A DNA stretch of 64,000 nucleotides. It comes from a virus. Shown here in pieces: positions 9,028 to 18,348 of this stretch. The notes under the pieces were generated by a model. The model was not told the origin of the DNA, searched no databases, and saw nothing but the letters and a program-made list of their open reading frames with translations. Numbering within the stretch: the stretch's first letter is position 1; each line of letters opens with the position of its first letter. Made by a program: the position numbers and the translations under genes. The stretch covers positions 1-64,000 of the IMG/VR virus record IMGVR_UViG_3300032323_000939, one strand, 5' to 3'.

Positions 9028-9250
9028 TTCTTCCTGCACCTTTATCAGATTTTGGAAGTTGAGAACCTTGAGAGTCGTCATCCCACTTAAATGTAGTTCC
9101 AGCAGTTTTTTTAGAATACGCTAAAGGAGTAGAACCTTTTCTAGGTGTACGCCAAGCAGTCTGCTGTGCAAACGAACCTGTGGTGGACGAACCCAACGAC
9201 ATCGGTGTTGGTGTATCGTCTCCACTAAATTGGGATGACGATAAGGGCAT
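9017..9250 (-). CDS. Hypothetical protein, N-terminal LxxxQF motif
   Basis: Start reassigned to MPLSSSQF, 1 nt after upstream stop. Confidence 0.6.
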   Translation of the reverse strand: MPLSSSQFSGDDTPTPMSLGSSTTGSFAQQTAWRTPRKGSTPLAYSKKTAGTTFKWDDDSQGSQLPKSDKGAGRNAE

Positions 9251-9251
9251 C

Positions 9252-9668
9252 TTAGTAGTTGCCTTCCATTCCGTATGTAAAGTTAGGCGCTTGACGACCA
9301 ACAACAGATGGAATAACTCTTGCATTCATCATTGTTGCTGATGCTTCGCTATTAATTGGAGCAGGCATCTTTGCAGTGATGCGATGCTGTGCACCTTTGC
9401 GCTCAACAAATTTACGGTTTGCTTTGTTATTAATAGTTCCATCTGCTGATTGTGTGTTCTTCTTTGGCATTAATTTGCCGACTAAAGAAGTTCCACTTGC
9501 GTTATTAAACTTGTACGCATCATTGCCCATATATGCACGGGACCCAGACGCAACAATTTGTTCTGGTGATAATTCTTTGTTCATGTTTTTACCTGCTGAC
9601 TCTAGATGGGAAGAAGGCGCACCCATGCGACGACGCATTGCGTGACCTACTGATGACCAAGTTGCCAT
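9252..9668 (-). CDS. Hypothetical basic protein
   Basis: SD AAGGAG; TATCCT -10-like element upstream. Confidence 0.75.
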   Translation of the reverse strand: MATWSSVGHAMRRRMGAPSSHLESAGKNMNKELSPEQIVASGSRAYMGNDAYKFNNASGTSLVGKLMPKKNTQSADGTINNKANRKFVERKGAQHRITAKMPAPINSEASATMMNARVIPSVVGRQAPNFTYGMEGNY

Positions 9669-9705
9669 AATTACTCCTTACAGTATGTCTAAGGATAGAA
9701 CTGTT

Positions 9706-9999
9706 TTAACTGGCTGTAATGGCAAAGACGATGGCGCTAATTTCTCCATCACGAGATTCAATAGTGGTAAATCCTGGTTTACAGGTTAAATCTAAACCTC
9801 TGGGGGCTACATAGCCACGAGAAATGGCAATTGCTTTAACTGCTTGGTTTACTGCTCCAGCACCTACGGCACGTAACTTAACTTCGTGTTTTTCATAGAT
9901 TGCGTGGGCGATTGCTGATGCAACGCTCTGTGGATTCGATGATGCGCTGACTCGTAAAAACGGTTCTTCAGCAGGAATTACTACGGGTTCTGTATTCAA
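9706..9999 (-). CDS. spoVS: SpoVS-family (Alba-like) protein
   Basis: LRVSASSNPQSVASAIA...AVGAGAVNQAVKAIAISRG...PGF is the SpoVS signature. Confidence 0.9.
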   Translation of the reverse strand: MNTEPVVIPAEEPFLRVSASSNPQSVASAIAHAIYEKHEVKLRAVGAGAVNQAVKAIAISRGYVAPRGLDLTCKPGFTTIESRDGEISAIVFAITAS

Positions 10000-10051
10000 T
10001 TGTTAGTCCTTTGGTTCGAGTTAGTGTGCCATCCTGGAATACAGAGTAAGG

Positions 10052-10642
10052 CTAAAGTCGTTGTTGGTCTCGATATTTGGGATCTTTTATTTGTTCAACA
10101 ATTGTCTTTTCTATTGCACTTATGTGGTTACCAGAGGCTAACCTTGCTAAAGCATAAGAATCAGCGGCATTGTCATCATTAAACTCAATACCCCACCGTT
10201 TGTAGATTTGTAAGAGCATCTCTTGTTTTTTAGCATTACCCTTACCTGCTGCATATTTTTTAAGAGTCATTGGTGGAATTTTTAATGGGTAACGTCTTTG
10301 ATCACCTTCATCAAAAAAATCGTAAATAGCCAATCTAACTGTTGCAGATAACTCACCCAGTACTAGAGCAGCATGGCTGGCTAGTACGGTGCCTTCCATA
10401 GCAATGTCTAATATGTTTGCCTCTAATTCATCCTCAATGTATGAGAGGTGATCTACTAGCCATTGTCGTATGTCTGCTAAACGTTCTATGCCAAAATAAG
10501 GAGATTTATAAACCCACGTTAAGTGAGTAGATGGTGTCTTTGTATCTAACACAGTTAAAGCAAATCCAGTTAATGATTGATCAATGCCAACAGTAACTTC
10601 TTTACTTTTTGGAAGCCCGCCATCAATTAGTTTGGTAGGCAT
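10052..10642 (-). CDS. RuvC-like Holliday junction resolvase
   Basis: GIDQSLTG, AMEG, PMTLKKYAAGKGNAKK, DNAADS. Confidence 0.85.
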   Translation of the reverse strand: MPTKLIDGGLPKSKEVTVGIDQSLTGFALTVLDTKTPSTHLTWVYKSPYFGIERLADIRQWLVDHLSYIEDELEANILDIAMEGTVLASHAALVLGELSATVRLAIYDFFDEGDQRRYPLKIPPMTLKKYAAGKGNAKKQEMLLQIYKRWGIEFNDDNAADSYALARLASGNHISAIEKTIVEQIKDPKYRDQQRL

Positions 10643-11173
10643 TTATTTCAATAATAACTCTATAGTTTTTTCTAAGTCATTCTTACCAGAGTCATTTACA
10701 ATTGTATGATTAAATACGTAAGTATCCATAGCGGTCTCAGAAATATGAGAATTTATTGGAGCAACTCCTGGTCTTGCTACTCGCCAAATCTGTGCTTTGT
10801 CATACATCTTTATTGCATCCGCTTCATTTGGAAATCTAACATCAGTTATTACTATCTTTTCTAAACTACTACCTATTCCTTTTAACGCTTGATTAACCCA
10901 AAAACTGTTTCCATATCTTTCACGACCAACTTCACTTCCGTATACCTGAAGTAATCTTCTTAACTCTGGATTTTTTACCTTAGCGTTATCCCAGCCATAA
11001 GAGTCAACTAATCCTTGTACTCTAAATCCTTCTCTAACAATTGGGTTTAAAACATATATAGAGTCTCTGATTGCATCTGCAAACGCAATTCGTCTATATC
11101 CATGATTATCAATCAATACTTTTGCAACAGTGTCTTTGCCAGTTCCTGCATAACCTGATAATCCAATAATCAT
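10643..11173 (-). CDS. Deoxynucleoside monophosphate kinase
   Basis: GLSGYAGTGKDT P-loop, AFAD, RRLLQVYG, ITDVRFPNE, HISE. Confidence 0.9.
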   Translation of the reverse strand: MIIGLSGYAGTGKDTVAKVLIDNHGYRRIAFADAIRDSIYVLNPIVREGFRVQGLVDSYGWDNAKVKNPELRRLLQVYGSEVGRERYGNSFWVNQALKGIGSSLEKIVITDVRFPNEADAIKMYDKAQIWRVARPGVAPINSHISETAMDTYVFNHTIVNDSGKNDLEKTIELLLK

Positions 11174-12033
11174 GATATCTTAATAAACCTTCCAGTTGTC
11201 CAAGAGTTGTGCGTAAGTATACTGGTGCTTATTAGATAAGCAAATGTTTCATCAAATGTTTCTTTTTTGTTTAAAATCCACCAACTAGCAAGTGCTGCAG
11301 TTGCGTTGGATGTTCCAATAGTTATTGATTTAGAACCATCTAAATTTAAGGTTGTATATCTTGGGTCTAAATAAAAGTCTGTTAATTCACCTGTTCCATT
11401 ACTGTAACTTGCAATTGCTGGTGTTCCGTCAGCATAGGTTAACTCAGTTGCACCAACAGAGACCGTATCTGGTAAGCAAGACGGATTCCAGACATGTTTT
11501 TTACTTCCACCATTTCCAACGGCTGCTAATACAGGTATGTTTTCTTCTTTTAACTTTGCAATTGCTTCTTTCATTGATTTTGGAACAGTACATCTCTTGT
11601 TTATACTTCCTTGAGATAAACTTACAGCGACAATATTAAATTTTTTATAATTTTTAATTACCCATTTTAAGGCAGCATTTATGTCGTCTTGATAATAATT
11701 GCTTGGAACTCCTTTATTGCTCATTCCAACAATTCTTATAGGTATAATTTTTGCAGATGGGTTTACCTGAGTAATTACTGAAATCATTTGAGTTCCATGA
11801 TCCATGTACTTGCTTTTAGTTGTAGGTAAATTTGCTGCGCCAACACCTTCCATAATTTTTTTGCCATTTGGACAGGTAAATGATGAGACTATACAGACCT
11901 CATAAATAATGCTGTCTTTAAACAATGACGTGTTTGTACCACTGTCTATAACGGCTATAGATTGAGGGTTTGTAGCGTGTACTGGTACTGCTTGACTAAA
12001 AAGCAGTACCAATACAAGTAACGCTTTTTTAAT
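11170..12033 (-). CDS. Secreted S8 subtilisin-like serine protease
   Basis: IAVIDSG, HGTQM, AAVGN, GTSNAT (intact D/H/N/S); signal peptide (I/M)KKALLVLVLLFSQAVPVHA; start uncertain (ATT at 12033 or TTG at 12012). Confidence 0.85.
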   Translation of the reverse strand: MKKALLVLVLLFSQAVPVHATNPQSIAVIDSGTNTSLFKDSIIYEVCIVSSFTCPNGKKIMEGVGAANLPTTKSKYMDHGTQMISVITQVNPSAKIIPIRIVGMSNKGVPSNYYQDDINAALKWVIKNYKKFNIVAVSLSQGSINKRCTVPKSMKEAIAKLKEENIPVLAAVGNGGSKKHVWNPSCLPDTVSVGATELTYADGTPAIASYSNGTGELTDFYLDPRYTTLNLDGSKSITIGTSNATAALASWWILNKKETFDETFAYLISTSILTHNSWTTGRFIKIS

Positions 12034-12673
12034 TCTTTACCCAATCCTTAAGTAAAGCAATTAAGTTGTTTAAATTGGCTCGTAATAAACTTAATTCTTC
12101 AGTAAGAGACGCTCTGAGTTGTTCTACAGTTTGTGATGTAGGGTAAGTTTTAGTTTCAAAATATGTACCCTGTTGTGCAAATATTGTTGCAACAGTATTT
12201 GTGTCTACTTTAGGTTTAAATTCCATTTTATTATTTTTAAAAGTATTTGGTCCAAAAGTAAGGACTTCTGAATAAACAATTGTTTTTAGTGTTGTTGTTT
12301 CTACAACTTCAGTTGTTACTGTTGGGTTTAAATTTAAAAAGAACTCTTGTGCTTGTGAGTCATACTTAACAGTCATATCAGGTTGACCTGGTTTAGGTTG
12401 TGGATTGTAATACCCACCTTGATTTTCACCTGTTACAGAATTAGCGGGAACTTGTAAAATCAATCTTTGTCCAGCAAGAGGATTGTCGTTAGGCATAACA
12501 CCACTCCAAGTTCCGTTAGCACCACACACTGATGCAGCACAAACAAGAATATTTGTTACTACACCGTTATCATCAACAACAGCATAGGTTGCGTCACCTT
12601 CTGCGTGTGCAGGAATTGCAAATAAACTACTAAAAATAGTAGTTATTAATAATACTTTAATTAAGTTTTTCAT
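12029..12673 (-). CDS. Secreted hypothetical protein
   Basis: Signal peptide MKNLIKVLLITTIFSSLFAIPAHA. Confidence 0.75.
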   Translation of the reverse strand: MKNLIKVLLITTIFSSLFAIPAHAEGDATYAVVDDNGVVTNILVCAASVCGANGTWSGVMPNDNPLAGQRLILQVPANSVTGENQGGYYNPQPKPGQPDMTVKYDSQAQEFFLNLNPTVTTEVVETTTLKTIVYSEVLTFGPNTFKNNKMEFKPKVDTNTVATIFAQQGTYFETKTYPTSQTVEQLRASLTEELSLLRANLNNLIALLKDWVKN

Positions 12674-13137
12674 GTTATGAATGTATCCCTCCGTCCCATT
12701 CGGGACTCGTTTGTTCGTCTTGTTATTTCCCTAGATACTAGGGTGATATCTCGTTCTTGATTATCAACCATCATCTCTAAGATCTTGCGATAAGCATAAC
12801 GCTCCTCATGCACATCTCCTAATTGGAGAATTTCTGGGTCAACTGAGATCTGAGCCTTAACAAGCGTGACTCGTGACCCTTTCTCTACTGAGCCCATCTT
12901 TGTGATTAACATCCTACTCTCAGCAATTTCTAGGGCTCGTTGAGCCTCACGCTCTTTTAATTGAGCCTGAACTAACTGAGACGCAAAATAATCTGCCCAA
13001 CCAGTGAGAATAGTGAACATCTCCGCTAATTGCTCACTGCTTAATTCTGTAATGTCTGGTGGAAGAATTACTTGGTCATACTTGGGCTTGGGTAAGTCTA
13101 AGCCCTTCTTCATTAAAACATCTATCTCATTCATCAT
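12670..13137 (-). CDS. Helical hypothetical protein (possible UvsY-like recombination mediator)
   Basis: Coiled-coil character and position next to exonuclease/RecA; function inferred. Confidence 0.45.
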   Translation of the reverse strand: MMNEIDVLMKKGLDLPKPKYDQVILPPDITELSSEQLAEMFTILTGWADYFASQLVQAQLKEREAQRALEIAESRMLITKMGSVEKGSRVTLVKAQISVDPEILQLGDVHEERYAYRKILEMMVDNQERDITLVSREITRRTNESRMGRRDTFIT

Positions 13138-13979
13138 TCTCCGATCAAGTCACACTGCTTGCAGCCACTTGGGTCAACATTACATTTTGGCATAACGCCG
13201 TCATCTACTGCTTTGTTTATTTTTTCTGCTGCATAAAACACACGACTTACAGTGTCGTAATCTGCTTTTACAATAAATTCTTTGTAATCTTGGTTAGCCT
13301 TTAATTCGTATAAAAACACAATCTCATTTGGAGCGTCATCTCCAAACATGCGCTTTGCTAATTCTAGATACATTTGACCTTGTAATAGATGACCACGGAA
13401 TGGGCGACGTATATTCTTCCAGGCCTTTGTAACATCTCCGTTAGCATCATAAAGAAGATCTGGTGCTTCAAATCTTAGTGTTCCTTCGCCAATAGACTTA
13501 ATCTCAATCAAAAAATCTTTTCCTAAATCTTTAACCCAACCATCAGTGTGTCCAGCAATTCTTAGAGAAGGATCTACCAGTGCTACTTCAGCGTACTTCA
13601 TTAGTGTTCCTGAACAATGCTGACATTCTCTTGGAGATAACCCAGAGGTTATACCACTACAAGAGACGCACTTAAAATCTCCCCAAAGGTTACCCATTTC
13701 ATAAATGCGATTTTGCCATTTTTCATGGATAAAGTGACCCTCATCAAATATGTTTTGTAATCTTAAGTTTGGCTTATCTTTTTTCTTTGTGCCACCCGTA
13801 AGCAAGTAATATGAGTACCGATAACAAAAATCAGACTTTATCATTTCGGATGGGTGTAAGACAGTGGTGCTTCTATTCTCATCTGGTCTACGCAATAGGT
13901 GTCGTTCAATAGGTCCTATAAGTCTTGTTTCAACCTTTTTAGTGTCTAAAAACTTTTTTAACTCTGTTGTTTGAACCAT
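13134..13979 (-). CDS. Cas4-like PD-(D/E)XK exonuclease
   Basis: HPSE, FC, GHxIH, GHTDG, IEIKS, QGQMY, C-terminal Cys cluster. Confidence 0.85.
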   Translation of the reverse strand: MVQTTELKKFLDTKKVETRLIGPIERHLLRRPDENRSTTVLHPSEMIKSDFCYRYSYYLLTGGTKKKDKPNLRLQNIFDEGHFIHEKWQNRIYEMGNLWGDFKCVSCSGITSGLSPRECQHCSGTLMKYAEVALVDPSLRIAGHTDGWVKDLGKDFLIEIKSIGEGTLRFEAPDLLYDANGDVTKAWKNIRRPFRGHLLQGQMYLELAKRMFGDDAPNEIVFLYELKANQDYKEFIVKADYDTVSRVFYAAEKINKAVDDGVMPKCNVDPSGCKQCDLIGE

Positions 13980-13983
13980 TGTA

Positions 13984-14304
13984 TTAATCCTTATCCTTGT
14001 TAAATATAAAGTCTTTTAATGTCATCTTCTTTTTATATCTTTTTTGCCACTTTCTAATTAACGCATTACGTTCTCTGTGGCTTAAGCCTCCCCAGATTCC
14101 GTGTGGCTCATCCCTTTTAACGGCGTCCCATAAACATTCGGTGCGTACAGGACAATGGTTCTTTCCTGTTTCACCAAGACAAAATGACTTTGCCTTAGTT
14201 GCAATTGCTTTGTACTGCTCTTTGTCACGAGGAGGGTAGAAGATATCGGTATCTTGTCCTGAACATCTTGCTTTGTATCTCCAGGAGTACTCTGGTTCAT
14301 CCAT
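13984..14304 (-). CDS. whiB: WhiB-family Fe-S transcription factor
   Basis: Four Cys, AKSFC...CPVRTECL, GIWGGLS.RER. Confidence 0.95.
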   Translation of the reverse strand: MDEPEYSWRYKARCSGQDTDIFYPPRDKEQYKAIATKAKSFCLGETGKNHCPVRTECLWDAVKRDEPHGIWGGLSHRERNALIRKWQKRYKKKMTLKDFIFNKDKD

Positions 14305-14307
14305 TTG

Positions 14308-14625
14308 TTAGGCATCCTTTAGTTTCTCTCGCATTTCTAAGAAGTCATCCTCAATAAGTAGAACATAGTTCTTATTGTTAAGGCTGACACCTAGAACTGG
14401 CATTCGGCTCTCAAGTATTGCCTCTCTTACTATCTTTTCTAAAACATCGGCTTTTAATGAAAAAGATTTTTTTCCTGTCCACTTATGTTCGATCAGTAGG
14501 TCATCTGATCTTACATCGCCTTTTCTTGACCAAAGAGCCCCAGATGCTGCGTTACGAGAACCGCCAATTTTATTAGCAAGTCTTTTCTCGTGCTTCTGGG
14601 ACTCTTTCTGTCCTTTAGTCTTCAA
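14308..14625 (-). CDS. Hjc-like PD-(D/E)XK nuclease / Holliday junction resolvase
   Basis: E.R.A, ASGA, KGDV, IEHK. Confidence 0.7.
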   Translation of the reverse strand: MKTKGQKESQKHEKRLANKIGGSRNAASGALWSRKGDVRSDDLLIEHKWTGKKSFSLKADVLEKIVREAILESRMPVLGVSLNNKNYVLLIEDDFLEMREKLKDA

Positions 14626-14866
14626 GTTCTATTTTGCCTTCTTCGTAGCCTTTTAGCAAACGAGGAACAAGATAGAACAATGTCTCACGCCAAAAACATT
14701 CTGAACAACCACAAAACGATTCTCCTGAAAGTGTCTCTGTTTCTGGAACATCTTCATCATTCCCATCCCATAACGCTTCTAAAAGCATATCTGTGTAGGA
14801 CTCAACGCCTTTCTCTAAGTCATGCGCCCATGCTTGATCGTTAACAACAAACTCTTTATTTTTCAT
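14615..14866 (-). CDS. Hypothetical protein (FCGCxxC)
   Basis: ORF track. Confidence 0.7.
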   Translation of the reverse strand: MKNKEFVVNDQAWAHDLEKGVESYTDMLLEALWDGNDEDVPETETLSGESFCGCSECFWRETLFYLVPRLLKGYEEGKIELED

Positions 14867-15905
14867 TGTCTTCTCCTGTCATGGGATTATCTGGAGTTTC
14901 AAAAACTAACTTTTGTAACTCTTCTTTTAAATTAATCTCTTCACGAATACTATCAATAACCGATTCTATCCCTTGCCATTTGCGATCACCAAAGTAGAAC
15001 CAACCACCCTTACGAGTAACAATGTCTTTTACTACCGCTAGTGACGCCACTTCTTTAGCAAAATCATAATCACCACGAGTACAGACTCCGCCATCAGCAA
15101 AGTAAAAATCAAAGTAAGCAACACGTTGTGGTGGAGCGGTTTTGTTTTTCAATGTTCTAACCTTGATGCGTTGTCCAATACGTACCTTATTTGTACCAGA
15201 GCCAACCTCAATCCACTCATCACGACGAATCTCACAACGAGTAAAGAAGGCATAGTTCTTACCTTCGCCACCAGGAGTTGTACGTGGGTCTCCATGCATA
15301 ACGCCAATCTTCATACGATACTGGTTAATAATTAAACCAAGAACTGGTCTCTCATCCTCAACTAGGCTGCGTTTCATTGCTGTACCTACTACACGGAAGA
15401 ACTTGTTTGTAAGTAAGGCACCCCTACCAACAGTCATTTCACTCATGTCTTTCTCCATTTCTGGAGCAGGAGAGAGTGCTGGTAATGAATCAATAACAAT
15501 TGCATCTACGGATTTTGATTCGGCAAATTCAATTACAGACTGATAAGCCTCCTCCATAACGGATGTTTCAATAACAATAACTCTACTTGTATCTACTCCA
15601 CACATTTCTGCATACTCTGGAACCCACTGCTCAGCAGCAACCCACACAGTTGTATGATTAGGATTTATTGCTTGATTAGCCGCAATTGTCTTTAATGCAA
15701 CAGCAGTCTTACCGTGAGATGGTTCTCCAATTAATTCGTTCCATTGGTTTCCTGGGAATCCTCCTCCAAGGACGTAATCCAACGTAGTACTACCAGAGGT
15801 AATACGAGGAATAAGGTCGCCCCTAATATCAGAAGCAAGGACGACCACATTATTGCCGAATTTCTTGTTGAGTTGTGCAACGATTTTTTTCGCTTCATCA
15901 TTCAT
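14856..15905 (-). CDS. recA: RecA recombinase
   Basis: GEPSHGKT Walker A, IVIDS, INQYRMKIGVMHGDPRTTPGG, KNKTAPP. Confidence 0.95.
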   Translation of the reverse strand: MNDEAKKIVAQLNKKFGNNVVVLASDIRGDLIPRITSGSTTLDYVLGGGFPGNQWNELIGEPSHGKTAVALKTIAANQAINPNHTTVWVAAEQWVPEYAEMCGVDTSRVIVIETSVMEEAYQSVIEFAESKSVDAIVIDSLPALSPAPEMEKDMSEMTVGRGALLTNKFFRVVGTAMKRSLVEDERPVLGLIINQYRMKIGVMHGDPRTTPGGEGKNYAFFTRCEIRRDEWIEVGSGTNKVRIGQRIKVRTLKNKTAPPQRVAYFDFYFADGGVCTRGDYDFAKEVASLAVVKDIVTRKGGWFYFGDRKWQGIESVIDSIREEINLKEELQKLVFETPDNPMTGEDNEK

Positions 15906-16279
15906 TAATCTACCCTTCCAATTATTCCTTGAGGATTCCAATTATTTTGTGAGTCATTTCCTATAGAACTCTTTACTGTTCCTTCAACTTTAGCGCCAGT
16001 TAATGAACCAAATTTACTGCCAGACTGTTGAATTGGGTAACCACAGTCGTAACATCTAAGGCTTATATTTTGAGCAGGTGCCATGTAATTTCCTGAACCA
16101 CAATCAGGACAGTTCTGTGTTTGTTTAGCACTCTGTGCTTTTGTTGTTGGCTCTTGCGGTTGTGGCGGTATGTAAGTAGTCATTGGTTGTTGAGAAGCGG
16201 GCATTGGAGCATTTGGTTGTCGTTGTGTTGAGGGTTGCTGTGTCCCTAGTTGTTTTGACCACCAGTCTGAATTGCTCAT
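15905..16279 (-). CDS. Zn-ribbon protein with Pro/Gln-rich N-terminus
   Basis: CPDCGS...CYDCG; TAATG-coupled start. Confidence 0.7.
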   Translation of the reverse strand: MSNSDWWSKQLGTQQPSTQRQPNAPMPASQQPMTTYIPPQPQEPTTKAQSAKQTQNCPDCGSGNYMAPAQNISLRCYDCGYPIQQSGSKFGSLTGAKVEGTVKSSIGNDSQNNWNPQGIIGRVD

Positions 16280-18279
16280 TATTTTGCTTCTCCCCACTTG
16301 TTAACTATTTTTACATCTGCAATAAGCGGAACAGTTATTTCTGGAAAAGAAATACCTTCCATAGACTCACGAATTGCTTCGGCAGTCTCTTCTGCAAGAT
16401 CTTCACGGGCAACTGTAACCAACTCATCATGCACAGTCAAAACAACATTTACATCTGGTTCATCAACGAAACACGAATGGGCCCTAATCATTGCTAATTT
16501 CATTAAATCTGCTGCAGATCCTTGAATAACGGTGTTAAACGCTTGTCTTTCGGCTCTAGCCTTTAATCCAGTTTCTTTACTTCTTAACTCTGGTATGTAT
16601 CTTCTGCGCCCCAATAAAGTTGATACGTAAGGCACTGGGGTTTGGGCTACTGCCTGTCGGAGAACTCTTCCTCTATATTTTTGAATATCGGAAAACTTTT
16701 TTGTAAAGTCATCTAATAGTTTTTTAGCGTCAGTCACAGTACAACCTATGCTTTGTGCAATTTTTTCAGGGCCAACACCGTATGCAATAGAGAGAACAAG
16801 AACCTTTCCTGCTTTACGGTCTAGCCCCATAGTATTTCCAATAGTGGTGTATATATCTCCACCCTCTAAGTAGTTAGTGACCATAATTGGATCGCCTGAA
16901 AGCGACGCAATAATACGTGGTTCAATTTGTGAGTAATCAGCCACCACTAACTTGTAACCTGGTGGAGCAATAAACAGATTACGGATAAGTTTTCCGTACT
17001 CTCCGCTACTGGGAATGTTTTGAAGGTTTGGATCACTGCTTGAAAATCTACCTGTTTCTGCACCGTGGGCTTTGAAATTTGTGTGAACTTTTCCGTTTAT
17101 CATTAGGCTTTTTTTAGCAACAATTTTTTCTTTACCCATAGTGGTACGTGTTATGTCTCCACCAAGATATGGCATTACGTAGGTTGTCATTAACTTATTT
17201 AAGTCTTGATAATCTAAAATTGCATCTACTAACTCATCTTTTTTACGGTAAAACTCTAAAGCATCTGAAGAAACAGAGTAATGTCTAATATCTAAGTTTG
17301 CTGGACTAGTTGCAGCAACCTCTTGACCTTTTGCAGTTAATGCAATCCTAATACGAAGATTTGGTTTAATACCTCTACCCTCTGGTTTTGGAGAAAACAA
17401 TAATTCTTGTTTTTCTTTTACTGAATTCATAGAAAATGGTTTACCAGTTAACTTCCATGCCCTGGCTTTGGTAGCATCTAAATCTTTTTCAATACGTTTT
17501 TTTAAAGACTTAAGTTCTTCTACATCTATGTTTGCACCTGTTAACTCCATGTCACAAAGAGCAGCAACTACATCCATCTCTAATGCCCATACTCTTTTTA
17601 AACTACCTTGAAGTTTTGGCTCAAGTTCTTTATATAGATTCCAAGTTACCTCAGCATCAAAACCAGAGTAATGGGCAACGTCGCTAAATGAATGGATCTC
17701 AACCATTGCTCCGATGCCCTTTTCAACCTTTACCTTTAGTTCTCTTTCAGCACATGCTGCTAGTCCTAAATTGTTTCGATTACGGTTATCTATAACAAAT
17801 GATGCCATTAATGTATCGAAGAAAGGCTTGGTTGGTACTACGCCACGGTAATATTTTGCAATAGATTTTAAATCAAACTTTACGTTATGACCAATCTTTA
17901 GTTTGTCACTAAAAAATAACGGTTTTAATGCTTGAAATACCTCTCCAGGAAGTAATTGCTCTGGTGCTTTGTCAAACACTGGTGTCCACTTTGCTTCATT
18001 CTTAGAGTAATCCGCATCTTTTAACTCTTTACCAGCAGCCACTTTTCTTTGACCACTAAGAAGCAACTCTTTTTCCCAGTGTAAGAACTCACCATTAGGA
18101 TGTCCCATAGGGATAACGTCTGTGCGACCGTCTGTTGCTAAAGAAATCCACAACACATCGTTAACTACAGGTTGTATTCTGTTTTCTCCAACAGACTCTA
18201 TATCAAAAGCAAAGGCATCTACTTTTAAATAAAAGTTAACTAAATCTTTTAATTGTTCTTTTGTTGTAATTATATTCAT
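16279..18279 (-). CDS. polA: Family A DNA polymerase (3'-5' exonuclease + polymerase)
   Basis: FDIES, GHNVKFD, TGRFSSSDPNLQNIP, ADYSQIEPR, K..L...YG, TVHDE. Confidence 0.95.
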   Translation of the reverse strand: MNIITTKEQLKDLVNFYLKVDAFAFDIESVGENRIQPVVNDVLWISLATDGRTDVIPMGHPNGEFLHWEKELLLSGQRKVAAGKELKDADYSKNEAKWTPVFDKAPEQLLPGEVFQALKPLFFSDKLKIGHNVKFDLKSIAKYYRGVVPTKPFFDTLMASFVIDNRNRNNLGLAACAERELKVKVEKGIGAMVEIHSFSDVAHYSGFDAEVTWNLYKELEPKLQGSLKRVWALEMDVVAALCDMELTGANIDVEELKSLKKRIEKDLDATKARAWKLTGKPFSMNSVKEKQELLFSPKPEGRGIKPNLRIRIALTAKGQEVAATSPANLDIRHYSVSSDALEFYRKKDELVDAILDYQDLNKLMTTYVMPYLGGDITRTTMGKEKIVAKKSLMINGKVHTNFKAHGAETGRFSSSDPNLQNIPSSGEYGKLIRNLFIAPPGYKLVVADYSQIEPRIIASLSGDPIMVTNYLEGGDIYTTIGNTMGLDRKAGKVLVLSIAYGVGPEKIAQSIGCTVTDAKKLLDDFTKKFSDIQKYRGRVLRQAVAQTPVPYVSTLLGRRRYIPELRSKETGLKARAERQAFNTVIQGSAADLMKLAMIRAHSCFVDEPDVNVVLTVHDELVTVAREDLAEETAEAIRESMEGISFPEITVPLIADVKIVNKWGEAK

Positions 18280-18301
18280 AATCCCTCTTTTTGTTATTGA
18301 A

Positions 18302-18333
18302 AGAGAGCCTGAACTAAAAAGCGCAGACTCTCT
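18302..18333 (-). terminator. 10-bp hairpin between ssb and polA (weak terminator or processing site)
   Basis: AGAGAGTCTG-12 nt-CAGGCTCTCT followed by only TTC. Confidence 0.45.
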
Positions 18334-18348
18334 CTCAGCGGAAGCGTA

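Noticed and set aside
13134-13979. CRISPR-Cas locus
   Set aside because: Solo Cas4-like nuclease in a recombination module; no repeat-spacer array or other cas genes seen
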